Part shown: in pieces, positions 49,698 through 58,345 of the stretch
How the letters are laid out: each line of letters begins with the position of its first letter
Numbering within the stretch: position 1 is the stretch's first letter
NCBI GenBank assembly: GCA_963666835.2
Contig: CAXXGO010000006.1
Coordinates: 64,001 to 128,000, forward strand
Length of the DNA: 64,000 nucleotides
Source of the DNA: Phycisphaerae bacterium
GTDB lineage: Bacteria; Planctomycetota; Phycisphaerae; UBA1845
Direction: 5' to 3'
Made by a program: the position numbers and the translations under genes
Notes under the pieces: generated by a model
Seen by the model: only the letters and a program-made list of their open reading frames with translations
Told to the model about the DNA's origin: nothing
Database searches by the model: none

Positions 49698-52600
49698 ATG
49701 TTAGCGAAGCGCGGCTTGCTCCTGTGGAGCGCGGCGGTGATCTTGGGCATTGGTCTGGGCACAGCCGGACTGACTCCGGTGGATTCCGCAACGGCAATTG
49801 AACCTGAAGATGCGGCCTTCGCCGCGAAACTCCATCCGGCGCTGCTGACTCGCTTGGCCGAGGAAGGCGAAGAGGTAAAGGCCTGGATCTTCTTCGCCGA
49901 CAAGGGCACTACCTCTCCGGACGAGTACGCCCAAGCTATCGACAAGGTCGCGGCGGAGTACAACCCCCGCGCGGTTCAGCGCCGCCGATTGCGCGGCACG
50001 GCCGCCCGCGGCGGAGCCCTATTCACTCAACATGATCTGCCGGTAGTTCGCGAGTACGTCGAAGCCGTCAAAGCCACCGGAGCGCGGGTCCACGTTACCA
50101 GCCGCTGGATAAACGCGGTCAGCGCATACGCTACGCGCGACCAACTGGATGAAGTTGCGAAGCTGTCGTTTGTGACCAAGCTGCAGCCGGTCGCTCGGGC
50201 GGCGCGGGTTCTTCCTCCGGACCAGGACCAAACCGCCAAGGAAAAGCCTCTGCTTCCGCCGTCCTCGCCGCGCGGGGACAGCCGGGTCGATTACGGCGCT
50301 TCCCAGGCTCAACTTGCCCAGATGAACCTGATTGCGCTGCACGAGCAGGGCTTCACCGGTGACGGCGTGATCATCGGCATGCTGGACAGCGGTTTCAAGA
50401 CTACCCATGAAGCCTACAACGACCCACTGCATCCGCTGAACGTGATCGCCTCCTACGATTTCGTCAACGACGATCCCAACGTGGGTCCGGAAGCGGGTGA
50501 CCCGTCAACGCAGCACAACCACGGCACCCAGACGCTCAGTTGCATCGGCGCCTACAAGGTGGGCAGCTTGGTCGGTGGGGCCTACGACGCCTCGTTCGTA
50601 CTGGCTAAGACCGAAGACACGTCCGACGAGTACCCGGCGGAAGAGGATAACTATGTGGCCGGGCTCGAGTTCATAGAGGAACACGGCGCTGACATGGAGA
50701 CGTCATCACTCGGTTACATTGACTGGTATACGCAGGATGACCTGGACGGGCTGACGGCCGTGACCACGATCGCCGTGAACATCTCGACTTCGCTCGGGAT
50801 CCATCACTGCAACTCGGCCGGAAACGAGTATCACGATTCGGACCCGAGCACGTCCAGCATTATCGCCCCGTCCGACGGCTTCGACGTCATCGCCGTCGGA
50901 GCGGTGACCAGCTCGGGCAGTATCTCTTACTTCAGCTCCGACGGTCCCACGGCCGACGGGCGGGTCAAGCCGGAGGTGCTCGCCCTGGGCAGCGGGGCCG
51001 CTACGGTCTCGCCGAGCAGCGATACGGGCTACACCAGCGCCGATGGTACTTCTTTCTCCGCTCCGCTGGTCGCCGCGGCCGTGGGGTGCCTGGTCCAGGC
51101 CAATCCGCATTGGACGGTCCAGGAGATGCGGGAGCATCTTTTCTACACTTCCGACTATTACGTAGCCCACGGGACTTTCGACCCGCAGTATGTGCGCGGC
51201 TATGGGATTATCAACGCCTTCGCCGCCTGGGCCGACTGTAATCTGAACGAGATCGCCGACGAGTGCGATATTGACTGCGGCGTCGCCGGCGGGCCCTGCG
51301 ATGTGCCCGGATGTGGCGGAAGTCTCGACTGCAACCTTAACGGTGTCCCGGACGAGTGTGAGGCCGACTGCAACGACAACGGCATTCCGGATGATTGCGA
51401 CATCGCCGATTGCACGCCCGGTGATCCGCTCTGTGCGGACTGCAACGGGAACGGCATCCCCGACGAATGCGACATTCCATTCCCGCAGCAGGGGCGTGTC
51501 CTTCTCGATCGCCCGCGCTACGCCTGCGAGTCCGTGGCCGTTATTCAAGTGGACGACTGCGGATTGAACTTAGACGGCGGAGTGGTAGAGACCGTCTCGG
51601 TGACGATTACTTCGGACTCCGAGCCGGGCGGCGAGACCGTTCTGCTGACGGAGACCGGGACGGCGTCCACCGTGTTCGAGGGTTCTATCTCTTTGAGCGG
51701 AACCGATAGCGCCGGCGTGCTTCTCGTCGCGCCGGGTGATGCGGTAACCGTCAGTTATCTCGATGCCGATGACGGTCTCGGCGGCACGGATGTGGTTGTG
51801 GCAGAGAACGCCCTGGTAGACTGTGACGGGCCGATCATCTCTTTCGTGCGGACCACCGATGTCGGGCCGTATTCGGCGAACGTCGAATTCCAGGTAGACG
51901 AATCGTCCACGGCCACGGTGCGTTATGGGTTTACGTGCGGTGGTCTGAACGAGCAGGTCCCCAGTGGAGGCTTCGCCACGACATTCCAGATACCGCTCGT
52001 GGACCTGGAGAAGAACACCTTGTACTTCTTCGCCGTGGATGCCGAAGACCAGGCCGGCAACCTGACTACCGACAATGCCGGCGGGGCGTGTTACTCGTTC
52101 ACCACTACCGACATCCCCGATTTCTTCACCGAGCAGTTCACCGGCGGCTTCGACCTTGACGGCTTGACCATCAGTTTCACCCCCGACGGGTCCGGCGATT
52201 TCTATGCCGGTTGTGCCGAGGGCAATACGGGCCTGCCAACCGACCCGGCCGGTGGGACCACGCTGAGTTTCAGCCCGAGCAACGATGACGGCTACGCGGC
52301 GATCAGTTTGACGGGAGGCGCTACGGTGTCGTTATACGGCACGTCGTACTCGTCTTTGTACGTAGGAAGCAATGGGTATTTGACGTTCGGGGACAGCGAC
52401 GACGATCATAACGAGACGCTCGAGGAGCACTTCGCCATACCACGGGTTGCGGGGCTGTACAACGACCTGGACCCGTCGGACGGCGGGAGTGTGTCGTGGA
52501 AGCAGCTTGTTGATCGAGTGGCTGTAACGTGGCAGTCCGTGCCGGAGTGGAATACGAGCAACTCCAACACGTTCCAGATCGAGCTGTTCTTCGACGGCAC

Positions 52601-53447
52601 TATCGCAGTCAGCTACGCCGGGATCGCCGCCTCTGAAGGAATCGTCGGTTTGTCCGAAGGTGAAGGGCTCAGTGCGGAGTTCTACGCAACCGACCTGTCG
52701 GATATGGGAGCATGTGTTCCCTTCGCCGATTGCGACAACGACGGCGATACGGATGAAGACGACTACGCCGTAATGTGCGCTTGCTTCTCCGGCAGTGGCG
52801 GGGGTGTGGATTCGGGTTGCCGATGCGTGAACTACGACGGCGACAACGACGTCGACTGCAAAGACTGGAATCAGTTCGCGGCCCTGTGGACCGAAGGCGA
52901 TCCGCCGGTATTCCCGCCGTGCGAGTCCATCGAAGCCGACGCGATCGGCGGGCGCTATCTGGCCGTCACCCCGTCGGAGGGAACCGAGCCGGTGGCGCTG
53001 CTGCTGACCGGCGGGGCGTCCGAGCCGGCCGTGTCGTGTTTGGCCCGCTATGTTCAGGCGGACGGCACCCTGGGTGATGACCCCGTATTCCGCCTGCCGA
53101 TGGAATGGGGCACGGTCTTCGTGTCCGGAGCGGAGATCGGACCGGACACGCCCTACGCGGTTCAGGGCGACTACGGCACTCCCGGGAATCCGGTCCTGAC
53201 TCCGGCCCAGCCGGTACGGACGCGGTTGTGGGCGGACATCGACGGCAACCTGATCGTCAACCTTGCCGACATTCAGATACTCGTATTGGCGTTTCAGGGC
53301 ACCACCGGCTTGGCGGACTTCGAGGCGATGGACTTAGCCGGATGCGAGTTGGACGGCACCATTAACATGACGGACGTCCAATGGGCCGTTCTGGCGTTCC
53401 AGGGGAAAGCCTACTGGGACGTCCAATGCGCGGCCCCGTGCCCGTAG
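49698..53447 (+). CDS. Secreted subtilisin-like S8 protease with Cys-rich repeats, FN3-like/nidogen-like and dockerin-like domains
   Basis: Catalytic GMLDSG, HNHGT, GTSFSAP; DCNxNGxPDEC repeats; terminal EF-hand-like pairs. Confidence 0.92.
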   Translation: MLAKRGLLLWSAAVILGIGLGTAGLTPVDSATAIEPEDAAFAAKLHPALLTRLAEEGEEVKAWIFFADKGTTSPDEYAQAIDKVAAEYNPRAVQRRRLRGTAARGGALFTQHDLPVVREYVEAVKATGARVHVTSRWINAVSAYATRDQLDEVAKLSFVTKLQPVARAARVLPPDQDQTAKEKPLLPPSSPRGDSRVDYGASQAQLAQMNLIALHEQGFTGDGVIIGMLDSGFKTTHEAYNDPLHPLNVIASYDFVNDDPNVGPEAGDPSTQHNHGTQTLSCIGAYKVGSLVGGAYDASFVLAKTEDTSDEYPAEEDNYVAGLEFIEEHGADMETSSLGYIDWYTQDDLDGLTAVTTIAVNISTSLGIHHCNSAGNEYHDSDPSTSSIIAPSDGFDVIAVGAVTSSGSISYFSSDGPTADGRVKPEVLALGSGAATVSPSSDTGYTSADGTSFSAPLVAAAVGCLVQANPHWTVQEMREHLFYTSDYYVAHGTFDPQYVRGYGIINAFAAWADCNLNEIADECDIDCGVAGGPCDVPGCGGSLDCNLNGVPDECEADCNDNGIPDDCDIADCTPGDPLCADCNGNGIPDECDIPFPQQGRVLLDRPRYACESVAVIQVDDCGLNLDGGVVETVSVTITSDSEPGGETVLLTETGTASTVFEGSISLSGTDSAGVLLVAPGDAVTVSYLDADDGLGGTDVVVAENALVDCDGPIISFVRTTDVGPYSANVEFQVDESSTATVRYGFTCGGLNEQVPSGGFATTFQIPLVDLEKNTLYFFAVDAEDQAGNLTTDNAGGACYSFTTTDIPDFFTEQFTGGFDLDGLTISFTPDGSGDFYAGCAEGNTGLPTDPAGGTTLSFSPSNDDGYAAISLTGGATVSLYGTSYSSLYVGSNGYLTFGDSDDDHNETLEEHFAIPRVAGLYNDLDPSDGGSVSWKQLVDRVAVTWQSVPEWNTSNSNTFQIELFFDGTIAVSYAGIAASEGIVGLSEGEGLSAEFYATDLSDMGACVPFADCDNDGDTDEDDYAVMCACFSGSGGGVDSGCRCVNYDGDNDVDCKDWNQFAALWTEGDPPVFPPCESIEADAIGGRYLAVTPSEGTEPVALLLTGGASEPAVSCLARYVQADGTLGDDPVFRLPMEWGTVFVSGAEIGPDTPYAVQGDYGTPGNPVLTPAQPVRTRLWADIDGNLIVNLADIQILVLAFQGTTGLADFEAMDLAGCELDGTINMTDVQWAVLAFQGKAYWDVQCAAPCP

Positions 53448-53485
53448 ACGCCTTTGACTGACAGATAGATGTCATAATAGAACGG

Positions 53486-55385
53486 TTGGCCCACGGATGG
53501 GTGGTCCGCGCCCCGGATGGGTGGCCCATCGCTTCAGCGGTGGGGGCTCGAACTGCTACCCGGGTGGCATGGGTCAACTTGTTGACCCGTGGAGCGTCGG
53601 AGAGTCGCCGCGCATCAGTACCGTCAGGGAGTGGCCATCGCGCGTCGGCGCGCCGCAACGGATCGGTCGGGGGCCGCTCGTTGACACTCGCGGTACCGAT
53701 TGCGGCCTGCCCCACAGATGAGTGTCCGATCGCTTTTGCGATAGGAGCTCGAACTGCCACCCGAGTGGCATGGGTCAACTTGTTGACCCGTGTCGCGAAG
53801 GGGGCGTACTCTTCAAAAGCAATGGCACACTCGCCGGGGTGAAGCCCCTTGGGGCGACAGGTCCTCTAGCCCCATGGCGTAAGCCTGGGGAAACCATTCG
53901 GACGTTTCGCGCCAAGCCCCTTGTGGGCGGCAGAACGCATCAAGGTTCGGAACGGAAACCGGTGATTCAACATCATACGGAAAGCACGTTGGCGACCACC
54001 GGGATCTCTTGGAGCGTCGAAGACTCGATCCCGCGGCTCACGCCGCGGGCTAGCCAGAGCTGTCGCCCTGGCGGGCTGGTTCTGCGAGACACGTGGGTGG
54101 CATGGGTCAACTTGTTGACCCGTGGCTTGTAGCGCGGGCATCCACGGGCAAGCTGCAAGCGTCCATGCCTCCATCGCGTAATCTCTTGTCGTGCGGCGGA
54201 GTACTCTACGCGCGAGCTACTCTTGCCCATGCCACCCATCACGTAGCGTAGGCACCCTGCCTGCAGCATCTCGCGCAACGCGCCGAACGACGCCGCTTTC
54301 CGGACATGGGTTTGGACGATGCGCGCCGTTGCGGCAGGTCTCGTACCTCGACCGTGCCCTACAACCGCTGACACGTGGGTGGCATGGGTCAACTTGTTGA
54401 CCCGTGGCTTGTAGCGCGGGCATCCACGGGCAAGCGGCAAGCGCCCATGCCTCCATCGCGTAATCTCTTGTCGTGCGGCGGAGTACTCCACGCGCGAGCT
54501 ACTCTTGCCCATGCCACCCATCACGTAGCGTAGGCACCCTGCCTGCAGCATCTCGCGCAACGCGCCGAACGACGCCGCTTTCCGGACATGGGTTTGGACG
54601 ATGCGCGCCGTTGCGGCAGGTCTCGTGCCTCGACCGTGCCCTACAACCGCTGCCACGTGGGTGGCATGGGTCAACTTGTTGACCCGTGGCTTGTAGCGCG
54701 GGCATCCACGGGCAAGCGGCAAGCGCCCATACCTCCATCGCGCAATCTCTTGTCGTGCGGCGGAGTACTCTACGCGCGAGCTACTCTTGCCCATGCCACC
54801 CATCACGTAGCGTAGGCACCCTGCCTGCAGCATCTCGCGCAACGCGCCGAACGACGCCGCTTTCCGGACATGGGTTTGGACGATGCGCGCCGTTGCGGCA
54901 GGTCTCGTACCTCGACCGTGCCCTACAACCGCTGCCACGTGGGTGGCATGGGTCAACTTGTTGACCCGTGGCTTGTAGCGCGGGCATCCACGGGCAAGCG
55001 GCAAGCGCCCATGCCTCCATCGCGTAATCTCTTGTCGTGCGGCGGAGTACTCTACGCGCGAGCTACTCTTGCCCATGCCACCCATCACGTAGCGTAGGCA
55101 CCCTGCCTGCAGCATCTCGCGCAACGCGCCGAACGACGCCGCTTTCCGGACATGGGTTTGGACGATGCGCGCCGTTGCGGCAGGTCTCGTACCTCGACCG
55201 TGCCCTACCCGGATGTCAGGCCGTAGACCGTCCCGGAGGGACGAAGGCAAGTAGCCACGGGTGGAGCGCAGCGGAACCCGTGGAAGGATTCGCTCCCGTA
55301 CGCTCCCGTCCCGAAGGGCCAGCGGACGGTTGCCGAGATCTCGCGGAAAACCGCGGCAGTTCTCGTGCCTCGACCGTGCCCTACA
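53486..55385. repeat. Large REP mosaic including a 282-bp x4 tandem array (54090-55208)
   Basis: Units start at 54090, 54372, 54654, 54936; each has a GGGTGGCATGGGTCAACTTGTTGACCCGTG hairpin and an inverted GTAG REP. Confidence 0.92.
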
Positions 55386-55478
55386 ACGGCCCATGCGAAG
55401 CGATACGGCCGCGGTACTGTCCAGATCGCCCCCGGTCCGGTACCATAGCGGGTATCTGAAAGAAAGGACCGCTAAGAC

Positions 55479-55958
55479 ATGGTAACCGACAGACCTCTTC
55501 CGGAAGTATTATCGCTGATCGTCTGCGATCAGATCATCACCGACCGAATCACGGGCAAGCAGTCCCTGATCGGGATGTTCGCCCGGGTACACGCCCGCAA
55601 GTTCCCGGTGGCGCATCCCCTGCTAAGTGTTTTCGCCTCGCTTACCGAGGGCTACGGGCAGGTCGAGCTGACCATTCGCGTCGTCGACGCTAACGACGCC
55701 CGCCCGCCCATCGTCGAAGGGCGCGGCAAGGTGGAGTTCAAGGACCCTAGGGCCATCGCCCACCTGGCCTTGCAGTTCCACGGACTTGTCTTCCCCGAGC
55801 GCGGCGAGTATCGCGTGCAACTGGTCTGCGACGGGCAGCTTCTCCGCGAGGCCCGCTTGGACGTGATCGAAGTCCGGCCCAAGTCCGAGCAGCCGCCCGG
55901 TTCATCCGACTACCCGGAGCCGCCGGACTTCAACGCGCCGCCGGAGCAGCTTTCGTAG
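55479..55958 (+). CDS. Conserved hypothetical protein (DUF6941-like)
   Basis: LIVCDQII...GKQSLIGMF...FPERGEYRV pattern. Confidence 0.65.
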   Translation: MVTDRPLPEVLSLIVCDQIITDRITGKQSLIGMFARVHARKFPVAHPLLSVFASLTEGYGQVELTIRVVDANDARPPIVEGRGKVEFKDPRAIAHLALQFHGLVFPERGEYRVQLVCDGQLLREARLDVIEVRPKSEQPPGSSDYPEPPDFNAPPEQLS

Positions 55959-56003
55959 TTGCGAATGACGATCTGATGCGGGACCGCGAGCGCGCCCCCG
56001 GTT

Positions 56004-56666
56004 CTAAAGGCAATCCACCGGGTGCCGCTCCTGATGCATGACCGAATCCGGCTGCCGAGCGCGACTGCTCCACACAACGCGGATCACTTCGAGCAAGTCG
56101 ATCGTTTTGAAATGCGAGCACTGAACCTGCGGAATGACCAGCGGCTTTAGACCCGCCCGTGCGGCTTGTTCGAAGAAGTGGATGTCCTCGCCGGTAATCC
56201 CGCCGCCGGGTTGGTGGCGGAACGTAAACCACGGATACTCCAAGCGATCGAACACGCTTCGCTCGATGAGGCAGCAGCCCATCCCCGCGGCGTCCACCTC
56301 GAAGGGCTGCCCGGGTAGTTCGCCCAGAAACTCGAGTTCGCCGGTGTCGTTGCGTTTCGCTACCGAAGTGCAGAGCCGCCGCCCGAGCAGCAGGGGATAG
56401 ACCCCGCAGACGATCGGCCGACCGGCCGCGAGCATCAGGGCCAGACTGTCGTCCGGTGGAACCACGTCGCTATCGAGGAAGAAGATGTGCGAATGCCGGC
56501 TCTCGCGGAAGCGCCGGACCCCGAGGTTGCGGGAGTAATCGGCCGGCTGGGCCTCGATTGTGCAGAACTCCACTCCACCCGCATGGCCGGCACAAACGCG
56601 AAAGGCGGCCTCGGTCGTGCGGCTGTGGATATCGCGAGCGGTGGGGATACACACGAGAATGCTCAT
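56004..56666 (-). CDS. Small GT-A fold (family 2-like) glycosyltransferase
   Basis: ILVCIPT, SRN, FFLDSDVV (DxD), AAGMGCCLI, GEDIHF. Confidence 0.75.
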   Translation of the reverse strand: MSILVCIPTARDIHSRTTEAAFRVCAGHAGGVEFCTIEAQPADYSRNLGVRRFRESRHSHIFFLDSDVVPPDDSLALMLAAGRPIVCGVYPLLLGRRLCTSVAKRNDTGELEFLGELPGQPFEVDAAGMGCCLIERSVFDRLEYPWFTFRHQPGGGITGEDIHFFEQAARAGLKPLVIPQVQCSHFKTIDLLEVIRVVWSSRARQPDSVMHQERHPVDCL

Positions 56667-56799
56667 AGGGTCGGCTCCCAGGCGTGCTATGCGCCGTCAG
56701 GTTCCATCGGCAATCATACCAGGGACCTTGCCATTGGCTTTCTCACCGCGTCTAAAATCGTCTGCAGCATTGCTGACGCGTCGGTACACACGAGTAGTC

Positions 56800-57280
56800 C
56801 ATGACGGGTCTCGTGCCTCGACCGTGTCCTACGGAACTTACATCGAGGGTCATCAGGTTTGGGACGTTGATCATCGGCTCCCCCGGGTCCGACGTGTGTT
56901 GTTCGGACGGTTTCAGACAAGTCGGACGCGGCAAGAGGTTCAAGAGGACCCGGGCCACCCGGCCGGGTGGCATGGGTCAACTTGTTGACCCGTGGCACGT
57001 GGAAGAGTCGCCGCGCATCAGTACCACGACCGTCAGGGAGTGGGCGCTATACCTAACACGAGTAGCGGCTGAGGGCCGCTCGTTGACACTCGCGGTACTG
57101 ACTGCGGCCTGCCCCCCAGCCGTTGGGCGGGCGGCATATCGCCTTAGCGGCGGGGGACGCAACGTTGCGGCAGGTCTCGTGCCTCGACCGTGCCCTACGA
57201 GGCTGCTGCAGCGGTGCCGACGCGCCGGTACGCATGAGTAGTCCAAGGCAGGTCTCGTGCCTCGACCGTGCCCTACGGGG
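56800..57280. repeat. REP cluster
   Basis: Inverted GTAG REPs near 56805, 57169, 57247; GGGTGGCATGGGTCAACTTGTTGACCCGTG at 56965; segment shared with 53560-53710. Confidence 0.8.
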
Positions 57281-57390
57281 GCGGCGCCGTGTGGGGGCGG
57301 TTTCTGCAAGTGTCTCGGGGGGTTGCGGGCCTGGGGCGGCGGGGGGGAGTGAGGCTACCAATCCGGCCCGTGAGCAGGTATCCTGTACGG

Positions 57391-58290
57391 ATGATCATGG
57401 CCGCGAAGCGCGATAGTCAGTTGCTCGATCCGGAGTTCATGGCGAAGCTGGACCAACTTTCGTTGGTCAGCCGCAAGATCTTCGCGAGCAAGCTGCGCGG
57501 CGAGCGGCTCAGCAAGCGCCGCGGCGACTCGGCCGAGTTCGCCGATTACCGCAACTACGTGGTTGGTGACGACCTTCGCTATCTGGATTGGAACATCTAC
57601 GCCCGGCTCGAACGGCTCTTTATCAAGCTGTTCCAGCAGGAAGAGGATCTGCACGTCAGCCTGCTCGTTGATGTGTCCAAGAGTATGGACTGGGGCGACC
57701 CGAACAAGGGGCTGTACACCCGGCGGATCGCGGCGGCCATCGCCTACATCGGCCTGGTCAACTTCGATCGCGTGAGCGTATACGCCTATTCCAACGGGCT
57801 GCAGTATGAACTGGTCGGCGTGCGCGGCCGGCGTTTGATGTTCAAAGTCATCGAGTTTCTCAACAAGGTCGAATACGGCGGTCCCAGTAACCTGGCCGCG
57901 GCCGGTAAGCAGTTCGCCATCCGCCATCCGCAGCAGGGTATCGTCCTGCTGTTGAGTGATTTCTTCGAGAAGGACGGATACGAAGAGGGGCTGCGGTATC
58001 TGCTGGCCCGCAAGTATGATGTTTACACGGTGCAAGTGCTCAGCCCGGAGGAGATCGACCCGCCCCTGGTGGGTGATCTTCGGCTGATGGATGTCGAGGA
58101 TGACGACACGGCGGAAGTAACGGTCAGCCGGGCTTTGTTGAACCGGTACAAGCGCAATCTGGAGGCATATTGCGGCGGACTGCGGGAATACTGCACGCGG
58201 CGGGGTATCAACTACTTCTTCACCAGCTCCGAGGTGCCGTTCGATCAGGTCGTGCTGTCGTACTTCCGAAACCGGGGGCTGCTCAAGTGA
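57391..58290 (+). CDS. DUF58 (MoxR-associated vWA-like) protein
   Basis: EFADYRNYVVGDDLRYLDWNIYAR, LLVDVSKSM, LLSDF. Confidence 0.88.
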   Translation: MIMAAKRDSQLLDPEFMAKLDQLSLVSRKIFASKLRGERLSKRRGDSAEFADYRNYVVGDDLRYLDWNIYARLERLFIKLFQQEEDLHVSLLVDVSKSMDWGDPNKGLYTRRIAAAIAYIGLVNFDRVSVYAYSNGLQYELVGVRGRRLMFKVIEFLNKVEYGGPSNLAAAGKQFAIRHPQQGIVLLLSDFFEKDGYEEGLRYLLARKYDVYTVQVLSPEEIDPPLVGDLRLMDVEDDDTAEVTVSRALLNRYKRNLEAYCGGLREYCTRRGINYFFTSSEVPFDQVVLSYFRNRGLLK

Positions 58291-58345
58291 TGCCCCGGCG
58301 ACTACACAATCCGGCCGGGGATGGGCGAATGGGGAGAACGGCCGA

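Noticed and set aside
53973..55394. 473-aa repeat protein ORF
   Set aside because: It arises from the 282-bp REP tandem; the peptide is a translation of palindromes that also appear in spurious ORFs elsewhere.
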